Of a DNA stretch of 33,982 nt, positions 1 to 11,392 are shown in pieces (the stretch's first letter is position 1; each line of letters opens with the position of its first letter). Where the stretch lies: contig NW_025214836.1 in NCBI RefSeq assembly GCF_004010195.1, positions 18,445-52,426 of the forward strand, written 5' to 3'. A program made the position numbers and the translations under genes. This DNA comes from Chiloscyllium plagiosum. Its lineage: Eukaryota. Below the pieces are notes generated by a model. That model was not told the origin of the DNA. It did not search any database and saw nothing but the letters and a program-made list of their open reading frames with translations.

Positions 1-480
1 GGGTGGATTGGCCGTGCTACATTGTCCCATAGTGCCCAGGGATGTGCAGGTTAGGGTGGATTGGCCGTGCTAAATTGTCCCATAGTGCCCAGGGATGTGC
101 AGGTTAGGGTGGATTGGCCGTGCTAAATTGTCCCATAGTGCCCAGGGATGTGCAGGTTAGGGTGGATTGGCCGTGCTAAATTGTCCCATAGTGCCCAGGG
201 ATGTGCAGGTTAGGGTGGATTGGCCGTGCTAAATTGTCCCATAGTGCCCAGGGATGTGCAGGTTAGGGTGGATTGGCCGTGCTAAATTGTCCCATAGTGC
301 CCAGGGATGTGCAGGTTAGGGTGGGATTGGCCATTCTAAATTGTCCCATAGTGTCCAGGGATGCGCAGGTTAGGGTGGATTGGCCGTGCTAAATTGTCCC
401 ATAGTGCCCAGAGATGTACAGGTTAGGGTGGATTGGCCATGGGAAATTGTCCCATAGTGCCCAGGGATGTGCAGGTTAGG
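1..480 (+). repeat. Tandem array of 53-bp SINE-derived monomer (about 9 copies, runs off the window start)
   Basis: Unit GGTTAGGGTGGATTGGCCGTGCTAAATTGTCCCATAGTGCCCAGGGATGTGCA. GATGTGC recurs at 41 and 94 (period 53). It is the reverse complement of the monomer at 18378-32897. Confidence 0.95.
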
Positions 481-605
481 TGCTTTCGTCGCGGTCTGTA
501 TAGTGTAGTAGGGTAATGGAATGAGTCTCGGTGGTTTACCCTTTGGAGGATTGGTGTGGACTTATTGGACCGCAGGGCCTGTTTCCACACTGTCAGGATT
601 CTATG
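481..605 (+). mobile_element. 3' part/tail of HE1-like V-SINE directly following the array
   Basis: GGTGTGGACTTATTGGACCGCAGGGCCTGTTTCCACACTGTCAGGATTCTATG matches the tail of the SINE at 6107-6149 and resembles the CR1 3' end. Confidence 0.85.
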
Positions 606-606
606 T

Positions 607-1250
607 TTCACATCCTCTGGCAGCTCATTCCATACACATACCACCCTCTGTGTGAAAAAGTTGCCCCTTTGGTCACTTTTATATCTTTCCCCTCTCACCC
701 TAAACTTATGCCCCTCTAGTTCTAGACTGCCCCAACCCAGGGAAATGTATTTGCCTATTTACCCTATCCATGTCCCTCATAATTTTGTAAACCTCTATAA
801 GGTCACCCCTCAGCCTCCGATGCTCCTGGGAAAACAGCCCCAGCTTGTTCAGCCTCTCCCTGTAGCTCAAATCCGCTATCCCTGGCAACATCCTTGTAAG
901 TCTTTTCTGAACCCTTTCTAGTTTCACAACAACTTTCCGATAGGAAGGAGACCAGATTTGCATGGAATATTCCAACAGTGGCCTAACCAATGTCCTGGAC
1001 AGCCGCAACATGACCTCCAAACTCCTGTACTCAATACTCTGACCAATAAAGGAAAGCATACCTAATGCCTTCTTCACTATCCTATCTACCTGCGACTCCA
1101 CTTTCAAAGAGCTATGAACCTGTACTCCAAGGTCTCTTTGTTCAGCAACACTCCCTCGGACCTTACCATTAAGTTTGTAAGTTCTGCCCTGATTTGCCTT
1201 TCCAAAATGCAGCACGTCGCATTTACCTAAATTAAACTCCATCTGCCCAT
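607..1250 (-). mobile_element. CR1 LINE fragment, ORF2 C-terminal region
   Basis: ORF 706-1263 (QMEFNLGKCDVLHFG...RTLVRPLLEY...LRGDLIEVYKIM) is typical of the CR1 ORF2 C-terminus and is near-identical to 3980-4600. Confidence 0.92.
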
Positions 1251-1504
1251 CTGATCTGATCATTTATTCACAACAAGTTGACTTCAATTATTATCGAGAG
1301 TGTGTTCCACTATTCAATAACGCTCCAGTTACCTCCCTCGATTCTCCCCACTCCATCTCTTCAAAATGTCCAAGTTACTAACCACAGTCGATTTAACTAT
1401 GAACCAACACCCATCAATGCCCAGGATTGATCACTCTACAAGCAACCCTTGTTCGTAACCAGGCCCACCTCCCTGTTAGCAACCAGACACTAATCAGTCT
1501 CTGA

Positions 1505-1672
1505 CTCAGAAAACAGAAATTGCTGGAGAAACACCTCATCTGTGGGGGGAAATCTACCAGAGATCCTCAGGCAGCACCTTCCTGACTGAGGCCTTTGTCA
1601 GGCCGCAGTATTCTGAAAGCCCGTGCTTCCAAATAAACCTGTTGGACTATAACGCGGTGTTGTGTGATTTTT
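1505..1672. repeat. Short remnants of probable Penelope-like terminal-repeat families
   Basis: AGAAAACAGAAATTGCTGGAGAAA (1508-1531) resembles the reverse complement of CTTTTCCAGCA... at ~16447. GAAAGC...GTGCTTCCAAATAAACCTGTTGGACTATAAC..GGTGTTGTGTGATTTTT (1616-1672) is recalled as an abundant shark repeat end. Family assignment is from memory, not a search. Confidence 0.45.
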
Positions 1673-1674
1673 CC

Positions 1675-2380
1675 ATGACCAGGCCAGTTTTGTATCTGTC
1701 TAGCCAGCTCACCATGAGATCCCCTCCCCCCACTTCTCTCCCAGCCCGCTATGACGTACCTTATCAATTGCCTGACTAAAGTTCGTGTCGACAACTCCAC
1801 TGCCCTTCCATCACCAATCATTTTTCGCCCCTCCTCCAAAATAACTCAATCAAGTTGATGAGACGTGATCTTCCCCGTACAAAGCCATTCTGCCTTCCAC
1901 TGACAATTGCATTTGGAGGAAAACGTCCTGTCTCTCATGATCTTCTCCAACAGTCCCCCCCACCACTGACGTCAGCCTCACTGGCCTGTCATTCCCTGGC
2001 GTATCTCCGCTTCCCCTCTTGAACAATCGAACAACGTCGGTCATTCTCCAGACCTCTGGATCCTCACCTGAGGCCAAAGAGGATGCAAAGCTATCTGGTA
2101 AGGCCCCAGTTATATCCTCCCGTGATCCCTCAGTATCCTGTGATTGATCCCATGTGGCCTTAGGGACCTGCTGACCTTAATGCTTTTCAAGACACCCAAC
2201 ACTTCCTCCTTCCTTACGTCGGAGTATTCACACACCTTTCCCTAACCTCAACATCCCTCACGTCCCTCTCTTTGGTGAATACTGAGGTAAAATAAGCATC
2301 CATTACCTTCGGCTCCACACACAACCTCCCTCTATCCTTGAATGGGCCTACTTTTTCCGTGGCTATCCTCTTGCTCCTAA
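1675..2380 (-). mobile_element. Old, heavily decayed CR1 ORF2 fragment (pre-RT/RT N-terminal region)
   Basis: Frames give EDPEVWRMTDVVRLFKRGSGDTPGNDRPVRLTSVVG and GSHGELARQIQNW, homologous to PEVWRLVNVVPLFKGDKDKPGNYRPVSLTSVVG in 4735-5841. Confidence 0.85.
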
Positions 2381-2439
2381 TCTATGGGCATGGTGGATGG
2401 TTTGGCCATGCTAAATTTACCAACTGCAGGCCAGGTGGA

Positions 2440-2785
2440 CTATGTGATAAAGCTGCTCTGTTCTCAGGGCTACACTGTCCCTTGGTACCGTTTCTTCAGA
2501 AAGGCTGTAAATGACACTGACTCCGAAAAGTCTAAGTCGAAGGGTTTTAGGGCCTGTTTGATTAGGCCCAACAGATACTGCCTCGGGAGGAAGGCTTTCA
2601 AGTTTAAAAAAAAACCTACTTGTACAGTGAAAGGGGAGTGGTCAATCCTCCCAGTTCAGCGTCTGGTTCAGTTTGAGTTTTTTGCAGTGATGTAATAGCT
2701 GCTGGATCCAATGAAACAGGTCCACGCTGATCCCCACATCTCCCGTCAGACCTTGCGTTTGGTTTTACCTTTTGTTTATGGGGAC
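2440..2785. repeat. Unclassified segment, possibly an LTR-like fragment
   Basis: Not CR1 or SINE. Begins near TGTGATA. Only vaguely reminiscent of LTR-type sequence, with no partner LTR, PBS or PPT. Confidence 0.2.
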
Positions 2786-2787
2786 TC

Positions 2788-3010
2788 ATTGGCCTGTTCC
2801 TGTCTTCCCCATATCTCCTTTGATCCCTTTATCCCCAACTGCTATGACCAACTCTTTCTTGAAAACGTTTAACGTTTTGCCCTCGGCAACTTTCTGTGGG
2901 AGAGAATTCCAGAGCTCCCCCCCCCCTTCCCATCCACACCAATCTCTGGGTGAAGACATTTCTCCCCATCTCAGTCCTAAATGGTCCATCCCTTATCCTT
3001 CCATTGTCTC
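2788..3010 (-). mobile_element. CR1 3' end of a different subfamily
   Basis: Frames give FRTEMGRNVFTQR and LWNSLPQKVAEGKTLNVFKKEL, the terminal CR1 ORF2 motif. Confidence 0.8.
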
Positions 3011-3297
3011 TCCATCCCACAGGCCCTTTGATCCCTGGGACATGATTTCTATCCATTCAGAACAAAGTACACTTCAACAAAATCCCCCCTCATCGTTCCC
3101 TTAAATTATTCCTTTCCAAACAAAAAAAAAAGTCAATATTCAAACTTCACAACATTCAGCTGTCCGTTCAAATATATTGACTCTGGTGATTCCAGTCTAA
3201 TTCAAAGCACCTCAGTCCAACCTGCACAATGGTTTCAAATCTTCCACACCTTTCATCCATAATCACCTCCACTGAACTGTCCATAATTGTTTTAAAC

Positions 3298-3552
3298 TCA
3301 TATATCCCCTACAGTGTGCAAACAGGCCCTTTAGCCCAACCAGCGAGTAACCCACCCCCTGACTAACGCACCTAACACTAGGGGCAATTTAGCATGGGCC
3401 AATTCACCCTGACCAGCACATCTTTGGATTGTGGGAGGAAACCCACGCAGACAATGTGCAAACTCCACACAGGAATCCGCCCAAGGCTGGGCTTGAACCC
3501 AGGTCCCTGGAGCTGTGAGGCAGCAGTGCTAACCACTGAGCCATCACAGCAC
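3298..3552 (-). mobile_element. HE1-like tRNA-derived V-SINE, internally deleted
   Basis: Minus strand reads A-box TGGCTCAGTGG, B-box-like GGTTCAAGCCC, V-domain GTGTGGAGTTTGCACAT...TGCGTGGGTTTCCTCCCAC, then a CR1-like tail. Confidence 0.9.
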
Positions 3553-3556
3553 TCTG

Positions 3557-3642
3557 AAAGCAAAGCTTTCATTTTTATTTTTTGCCCCCCACACTACCAC
3601 CTAACTGCGGTAGTGCTTATTTTATAAAGCAAAGCTTTCATT
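3557..3642 (-). mobile_element. 52-bp stem-loop insertion (3574-3625) flanked by a 17-bp target-site duplication
   Basis: AAAGCAAAGCTTTCATT at 3557-3573 and 3626-3642. The insert holds a CACTACC/GGTAGTG inverted repeat and an A-rich end on the minus strand. Confidence 0.75.
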
Positions 3643-3796
3643 CATTTAACCATCAGACCATCCAATCAAGCTGGTTCACAAGTATCTCGCAAAATTGATC
3701 CACACGTTAGTTATGCATGGATTGAAATCTTCATCCATGGGACACTTGTTGTACTTAAGATGCTAACTCTACCTCTCATCCTGTTTTATACTCTAC

Positions 3797-6652
3797 CATA
3801 GAGTCACAGAGATGTACAGCATGGAAACAAACCCTTCAGCCCAACTTGTCCATGCTGACCGGATATCCTCAATCAATCTAGTCCCATTTACCAGCACTTG
3901 ACACACATCTCCCCAAACGCTTTCTATTCATATACCATCCAGATACTTTTAAAATGTTGTCATTGTACCAGCCTCCACCACTTCCTCTGGCATCTCATTC
4001 CAAACACGTACCACACTCTGCGTGAAAATGTTGCCCCTTAGTTCCCTTTATATCTTTCCCCTCTCACCCTAAACCTCTGTCCCTCTAGTTCTGGACTCCT
4101 CCACCACAGGGAAAATTTATCCAATCCATGCCCCTCATAATTTTATAAACCTCTATAAGATCACCCCCCAGCCTCCGATGCTCCAGGGAAAACAGCCCCA
4201 GCCTGTTCAGCTTCTCCCTATAGCTCAGATCCTCCAACCCTGGCAACATCCTTGTAAATCTTATCTGAACCCTTTCAAGTTTCTCAGCATCCTTCCAGAG
4301 ACCAGAAATGTATGCAATATTCCAAAAGTGGCCGAATCAATGTCCTGTACAGCTGCAACATGACCTCTCAACTCCTGTACTCAATACTCTGACCAATAAA
4401 GGAAGCATACCAAACGCCTTCTTCACTATCCTATCTACCTGCGACTCTACTTTCAAGGAGCTATGAACCTGCACTCCAAGGTCTCTTTGTTCAGCAACAC
4501 ACCCTAGGACCTTACCGTTAAGTGTATAAGTCCTGCCCTGATTTGCGTTTCCAAAATGCAGCACCTCACATTTTTCGGAATTAAACTCCATCTGCCACTT
4601 CTCAGCCCATTGGCCCATCTGGTCCAGATCCTGTTGTAATCTGAGGTAACCCTCTTTGTTGTCCACTGCACCTCCAATTTTGGTGTCACCCGCAAACTTA
4701 CTAACTAAACCTCTTGTGTTCATATCCAAATCATTTATGTAAATGACTGCACTCCACTGGTCACAGGCCTCCAGTCTGAAAAACAAACCTCCACCACCAC
4801 CCTCTGTCTTCTACCTTTGAGCCAGTTCCAAATGACTAGTTCTCCCTGTATTCCATGAGATCTAACCTTGTTAATCAGTCTCCCATGGGGAACCTTGTCG
4901 AATGCCTTACTGAAGTCCATATAGATCACATCTACTGCTCTGCCCTCATCAATCCTCTTTGTTGTGAGACATGATTTCCCACGCACAAAGCCATGTTGAC
5001 TGTCCAGAATCAGTCCTTGCCTTTCCAAATACATATACATCCTGTCCCGCAGGATTCCCTCCAACACCTTGCCCACCACCGAGGTCAGGCTCACCGGTCT
5101 ATAGTTCCCTGGCTTGTCTTTATCGCCCTTAAACAGTGGTACCACGTTAACCAACCTCCAGACTTCCGGCCCCTCACCTGTGACTATCGATGATACAAAT
5201 ATCTCAGCAAGAGGCCCAGCAATCACTTCTCCAGCTTCCCACAGAGTTCGAGGGTACACCTGATCAGGTCCTGGGGATTTATCCACCTTTATGCATTTTA
5301 AGACATCCAGCACTTCCTCCTCTGTAATCTGGACATTTTGCAAGATGTCACCATCTATTTCCATGTAATCTATATCTTCCATATCCTTTTCCACAGTAAA
5401 CACTGATGTGAAATACTCATTTTGTATCTCCCCCATTTTCTGTGGTTCCACACAAAGGCCGCCTTGCTGATCTTTGAGGGGCCCTATTCTCTCCCGAGTT
5501 ATCCTTTTGTCCTTAATATATTTGTAAAAACCCTTTGGATTCTCCTTAATTCTATTTGCCAAAACTATCTCATGTCCCCATTTTGCCCTCCTGATTTCCC
5601 TCTTAAGTATACTCCTACTTCCTTTATACTCTTCTAAGGATTCACTCGATCTCTCCTGTCTATACCTGACATATGCTTCCTTCTTTTTCTTAACCAAACC
5701 CTCAATTTCTTTACTCATCCAGCATTCCCTATAACTACCAGCCTTCCCTTTCACCCTGACAGGAATATACTTCCTCTGGATTCTTGTTATCTCATTTCTG
5801 AAGGCTTCCCATTTTCCAGCCGTCCCTTTACCTGCGAACATCTGTCCCCAATCAGCTTTTGAAAGTTGTTGTGGGTGGCCCAGTGGTTGTCACTGCTGCC
5901 CCACAGCGCCAGGGACCAGGATTTGATTCCCGCCTCAGGCGACTGTCTGTGTGGAGTTTGCACATTCTCCCCGTGTCTGCGTGGGTTTGGTCCGGTTTCC
6001 TCCCACAATCCAAAAAATGTGCAGGTTAGCTGAATTGGCCATGCTAAATTGCCCGTAGTGTCAGGTGTAGAGGAATGGGTCTGGGTGGGTTGCTCTTCGG
6101 AGGGTCGGTGTGGACTTGTTGGGCCAAAGGGCCTATTTCCACACTGTAAGTAATCTCACCTAAAAAAATCCCGTCAAAATTGGCCTTTCTCTAATTTAGA
6201 ACTTCAACTTTTAGATCTGATCTATCCTTTTCCATCACTACTTTAAATCTAATGGAATTATGGTCGCTGGCCCCAAAGTGCTCCCCCACTGACACCTCAG
6301 TCACCTCCCCTGCCTTAGTTCCCAAGAGTAGGTCAAGTTTTGCACTTTCTCTAGTAGGTACATCCACATACTGAATCAGAAACTTTTCTTGTAAACACTT
6401 AACAAATTCCTCTCCATCTAAACTTTTAACACTATGGCAGTCCCAGTCTATGTTTGGAAAGTTAAAATCCCCTACCATAACCACCCTATTATTCTTACAG
6501 ATAGGTGATATCTCCTTACAAGTTTGTTTCTCAATTTACCTCTGACTATTGGGCGGTCTATAATACAATCCCAATAAGGTTATCATCCCTTTCTTATTTC
6601 TCAGTTCCACCCAAATAACTTCCCTGGATGTATTCCAAGCAATATCTTCCCT
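3797..6652 (-). mobile_element. 5'-truncated CR1 LINE: endonuclease C-half, RT and 3' UTR; dead (frameshifts, deletions), interrupted by a SINE
   Basis: APE motifs VGDFNFPNIDW, PTRESAKLDL and SDHN (6191-6484). RT motifs NYRPVSLTS and MDFSKAFDKV (4735-5841). Catalytic FADD is changed to FAGD (4337-4786). (CTCTATGA)-type tail at ~3797-3811. Confidence 0.95.
5871..6169 (+). mobile_element. Near full-length HE1-like V-SINE inserted into the CR1
   Basis: A-box TGGCCCAGTGG (5876-5886), B-box-like GATTTGATTCC (5920-5930), V-domain at ~5950-6010, a single partial 53-bp unit at ~6018-6060, then a CR1-like tail. CR1 sequence resumes on both sides. Confidence 0.93.
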
Positions 6653-7608
6653 ATGTTGCAGGTTCCAGGGTTTAGACCTTTCATTAAGATCAGGGAAGGG
6701 AGTAAAAGAGGGGGAGGTGTGGCCTTGTTAGTCAAGGATAGTATGACGGTGGCTGAGAGAAGTTTTGACGATGACTCATCTACTGAGGGAGTGTGGGCTG
6801 AGGTTAGAAACAGGAGAGGAGAGGTCACACTGCTTGGAGTTTTTTATCGGCCTCAGCAGAGTTCCAGGGAGGTGGAGGAGAGGATCGGCAAAACTATTCA
6901 GTGTAGGAGTGAAAGGAACAGGGTGGTGATTATGGGGGGCTTTAACTTCCCCAACATTGACTGGAAATGCTATAACTCTAGTACGTTGAATGGATCACTT
7001 TTTGTCCAATGTGTACAGGAGGGTTTCCTGACACAGGATGTCGAAGGGCCGACAAGAGGGGAGGCCACACTGAATCTGGTGCTTGGTAACGAACCAGGCC
7101 AGGTGTTTGGTTTAGTGGCAGATGAGGACTTTGGAGAGAGTGACCGTAATTCAGTTACGTTCAGCGATGGAAAAGGATAGGTATGTGCCACAGGGCAATA
7201 GTTATAGATGGGGGAAGAGCAATTATAATGTGATTTGGCAAGACTTAGGATGCATAGAGTGGGGTAGCAAAATGCAGGGGATGGGGACAATCGAAACATG
7301 GAGCTGGTTTAAGGAACAGACATTGTGTGTCCTTGATAGGTATGTCCCTGTCAGATAGGGAGGAATTGATAAGGGAAGGGAACCGTGGTTTACTAAAGAA
7401 GTTGCATCTCTTGTTCAGCGGAAGAAGGAGGCTTATGTGACGTTGAGACGTGATGGTTCAGATGAGCTGGAAAGTTACAGATTAGCGAGGAAGGATTTAA
7501 AGAGAGAGTTAAGAGTAAGGAGAGGACGTGAGCAGTCTTCAGCAGGTTGAACTAAGGAGAACCCTAAAACTTTCTGTAGGTATGTGAGGAATAAAAGGAT
7601 GACTAGGG
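6653..7608 (+). mobile_element. CR1 ORF2 endonuclease/linker fragment (duplicate copy 1)
   Basis: RGGGVALLVK, LLGVFYRP, PTRGEATLNLV; aligns to 7957-8911 at offset 1303-1304. Confidence 0.93.
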
Positions 7609-7930
7609 GAATTAGAGTGGGGCACCCCTAAATTGGGTGAGGGGATCAATCAATATGAGGATTGGTGTAGGGCAACACTCAGTAGGGAACTTGTTCAGGA
7701 CATCAGTAATTGGGGGAAATGGTGCTGAGGAACACTGAATTGAAGACTTGGTGTGGGGCATCAGTAAATGAGAGACCTGGTGCAGGCTGGTAATAACTTT
7801 GAGAATTGGAGCAAATGGGAGAACACGGGCAGTGAGTCAGTAAATAGGACAAATGGTGCAAAGGATTAGTGGTGGAGAGGCAATACAGGGCACCACAAAA
7901 TGGGACAGTTGGTGCAGTTCACCACTAAAG
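7609..7930 (+). repeat. Degenerate purine-rich minisatellite-like spacer (~28-30 bp period)
   Basis: Recurring TGGTG...CATCAGTAAAT/CATCAGTAATT motifs at roughly 7663, 7720, 7748 and 7778. Confidence 0.4.
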
Positions 7931-7934
7931 GAAG

Positions 7935-9797
7935 GATAGAGCAGGGTGAGGAATGGATGTTGCAGGTTCCAGGGTTTAGACTTTTCATTAAGAACAGGCA
8001 AGATGGCAAAAGAGGGGGAGGTGTGGCCTTGTTAGTCAAGGATAGTATGACGGTGGCTGAAAGAAGTTTTGATGAGGACTCGTCTACTGAGGTAGTGTGG
8101 GCTGAGATTAGAAACAGGAGAGGAGAGGTCACACTGCTTGGAGTTTTTATCGGCCTCAGCAGAGTTCCAGGGAGGTGGAGGAGAGGATCGGCAAAACTAT
8201 TCAGTGTAGGAGTGAAAGGAACAGGGTGGTGATTATGGGGGGCTTTAACTTCCCCAACATTGACTGGAAATGCTATAACTCTAATACGTTGAATGGATCA
8301 CTTTTTGTCCAATGTGTACAGGAGGGTTTCCTGACACAGGATGTCGAAGGGCCGACAAGAGGGGAGGCCACACTGAATCTGGTGGTTGGTAAGGAACCAG
8401 GCCAGGTGTTTGGTTTAGTGGCAGATGAGCACTTTGGAGAGAGTGACCGTAATTCAGTTACGTTTAGCGATGGAAAAGGATAGGTATGTGCCACAGGGCA
8501 AGAGTTATAGATGGGGGAAGAGCAATTATAATGTGATTTGGCAAGACTTAGGATGCATAGAGTGGGGTAGCAAAATGCAGGGGATGGGGACAATCGAAAC
8601 ATGGAGCTGGTTTAAGGAAGAGATATTGCGTGTCCTTGATAGGTATGTCCCTGTCAGATAGGGAGGAATTGATAAGGGAAGGGAACCGTGGTTTACTAAA
8701 GAAGTTGCATCTCTTGTTCAGCAGAAGAAGGAGGTTTATGTGTTGATGAGACGAGATAGTTCAGATGAGCTGGAGAGTTACAGATTAGCGAGGAAGGATT
8801 TAAAGAGAGAGTTAAGAGCAAAGAGAGGACATGAGCAGTCTTTAGCAAATAGAATAAAGGAGAACCCTAAAGCTTTCTATAGGTATGTGAGGAATAAAAG
8901 GATGATTAGGGTAGGAATAGGGCCAGTGAAAAACAGAAGTGGGAAGTTGTGTGTGGACCCTGTGGAGATCGGAGAGGTGCTAAACAAACATTTCTCATTG
9001 GTTTTCACTCAGGAAAAGGAGAATATTGTAGAGAGAAGAGTGAGGTACGAGATATTAGACTAGAAAGGATTGAAGTTAGTTACAAACAGGTGTTATCAAT
9101 TCTAGAAGGACTGAAAGTAGACAAGTCCCCTGGGCCAGATGGGATTTATCCAAGGATTCTCTGGGAAGCTAGGGAGGAGATAGCAGGGCCTTTGGCTTTG
9201 ATATTTGAGTCGTTATTGTATACAGGTTTAGTATCACAGGACTGGAGGGTTGCAAATGTGCCCTTGTTCAAGAAGGGCAGTAGAGATGACCTGGGGAATT
9301 ATAGACCAATGAGCCTTACATCTGTTGTAGGAAAGGTTTTGGAAAGGATTATAAGAGATAAGATTTATAATCATCTAGCAAGCAACAATTTGATTGCAGG
9401 AAGTCCACATGGTTTTGTCAAGGGCAGGTCATGTCTCAGAAACCTCATTGAGTTTTTTGAGAAGGTGACCAAGCATGTGAGTGAGGGTAGGGCAGTTGAC
9501 ATGCTATACATGGACTTTAGTAAAGCCTTTGATAAGGTTCCACATGATAGGCTGTTGGAGAAAATACCGAGGCATGGGATTGAGGGTGATTTAACAGTTT
9601 GGATTAGGAACTGGCTTTCTGTAAGAAGGCAGCGAGTGGTGGTTGATGGAAAATATTCAGCCTGGAGTCCGGTTACTAGTGGTGTGCCACAATGATCTGT
9701 TTTGGGACCACTGCTGTTTGTCATTTTTATAAATGACTTAGACTCAGGCAAAGGTGGATGGGTTAGTAAGTTTGCAGATGACACTAAAGTCAGTGGA
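7935..9797 (+). mobile_element. CR1 ORF2 fragment, endonuclease to RT catalytic core; dead; truncated by an assembly gap
   Basis: KSPGPDGIYP, NYRPMSLTS, MDFSKAFDKV, GVPQ followed by an in-frame TGA (9693-9695), then FINDLD...SKFADDTK. Confidence 0.95.
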
Positions 9798-10780
9798 NNN
9801 NNNNNNNNNNNNNNNNNNNNNNNNNNNNNNNNNNNNNNNNNNNNNNNNNNNNNNNNNNNNNNNNNNNNNNNNNNNNNNNNNNNNNNNNNNNNNNNNNNNN
9901 NNNNNNNNNNNNNNNNNNNNNNNNNNNNNNNNNNNNNNNNNNNNNNNNNNNNNNNNNNNNNNNNNNNNNNNNNNNNNNNNNNNNNNNNNNNNNNNNNNNN
10001 NNNNNNNNNNNNNNNNNNNNNNNNNNNNNNNNNNNNNNNNNNNNNNNNNNNNNNNNNNNNNNNNNNNNNNNNNNNNNNNNNNNNNNNNNNNNNNNNNNNN
10101 NNNNNNNNNNNNNNNNNNNNNNNNNNNNNNNNNNNNNNNNNNNNNNNNNNNNNNNNNNNNNNNNNNNNNNNNNNNNNNNNNNNNNNNNNNNNNNNNNNNN
10201 NNNNNNNNNNNNNNNNNNNNNNNNNNNNNNNNNNNNNNNNNNNNNNNNNNNNNNNNNNNNNNNNNNNNNNNNNNNNNNNNNNNNNNNNNNNNNNNNNNNN
10301 NNNNNNNNNNNNNNNNNNNNNNNNNNNNNNNNNNNNNNNNNNNNNNNNNNNNNNNNNNNNNNNNNNNNNNNNNNNNNNNNNNNNNNNNNNNNNNNNNNNN
10401 NNNNNNNNNNNNNNNNNNNNNNNNNNNNNNNNNNNNNNNNNNNNNNNNNNNNNNNNNNNNNNNNNNNNNNNNNNNNNNNNNNNNNNNNNNNNNNNNNNNN
10501 NNNNNNNNNNNNNNNNNNNNNNNNNNNNNNNNNNNNNNNNNNNNNNNNNNNNNNNNNNNNNNNNNNNNNNNNNNNNNNNNNNNNNNNNNNNNNNNNNNNN
10601 NNNNNNNNNNNNNNNNNNNNNNNNNNNNNNNNNNNNNNNNNNNNNNNNNNNNNNNNNNNNNNNNNNNNNNNNNNNNNNNNNNNNNNNNNNNNNNNNNNNN
10701 NNNNNNNNNNNNNNNNNNNNNNNNNNNNNNNNNNNNNNNNNNNNNNNNNNNNNNNNNNNNNNNNNNNNNNNNNNNNNNNN
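9798..10780. other. Assembly gap (983 N)
   Basis: Run of N. Confidence 1.
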
Positions 10781-11392
10781 GATCTCTTTCCTCACTATCT
10801 CCCTGGGTCCCACCCCTCCACCTTACAAGATTAAATCCTTCTGAGCAGCACTAGCAAATCTTCCTATTAGTCCCCTTCCAATTCAAGTGCAATCCGTCCT
10901 TCTTGTACAGGTCACTTCTGCCCCAGAAGAGATTCCAATGGTCCAAAAATGTGAATCCTTCTCCCATACGCCAGCTCCTCAGCCCTGCATTCATCTGCTC
11001 TATCCTCCTATTCCTGCCCTCACTAGCTCGTAGCACCGGGAGTCATAGAGATGTACAGCATGGAAACAAACCCTTCGGTCCAACCCGTCTATGCCGACCA
11101 GATATCCCAACCCAATCTAGTCCCACCTGCCAGCAACCGGCCCATGTCCCTCCAACCCTTCCTGTTCATATACACATCCCCAGGTATTACCACCCTCGAG
11201 GGCCTCATTTTTAAACTCCTGCCTAACGTCCTATATTCTCCCTTCAGAATCTCCTTTTCCCTTCCTACATCATTAGTTCCAATGTGTACAACGACCTCCT
11301 GCCGGTCCCTCTCCCCCATGAGAACATTCTGCACCCTCTCTGAGATATCCTTGATCCTGGCACCAGGGAAGCAACACACCACTTTGAATTCT
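10781..11392 (-). mobile_element. CR1 ORF1 fragment encoding an SGNH/GDSL-type esterase domain, interrupted
   Basis: CFPGARIKD...VVVHIGTND (11089-11382) and FLDHW...DGLHLN (10851-11036). GxND and DxxH are SGNH hydrolase blocks known from CR1 ORF1p. Confidence 0.88.
11041..11174 (-). mobile_element. Short CR1 3'-tail insertion inside the ORF1 fragment
   Basis: Near-identical to 14510-14643; ORF1 sequence continues on both sides. Confidence 0.9.

Noticed and set aside
1374..1485. Three GTT-NNN-AAC palindromes resembling RFX/X-box half-sites
   Set aside because: They are short, match the full X-box poorly, and have no supporting promoter context.
1581..1622. Second hammerhead-like motif CTGACTGA-GGCC...GGCC
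   Set aside because: The core has an extra base, and the stem is followed by GCAG rather than GAAA.
4735..5841. 368-aa RT ORF as an active or domesticated gene
   Set aside because: It has internal deletions in RT motifs, a SINE insertion upstream, a frameshift before the catalytic region and FADD changed to FAGD.
5871..5945. tRNA genes at the A/B-box sites (also 33267-33330, 3480-3550, 13500-13553)
   Set aside because: These are SINE heads continuing into V-domains, with no complete cloverleaf.
9371..10854. Long ORFs of 366-480 aa
   Set aside because: Artefacts of translating through the N gap.
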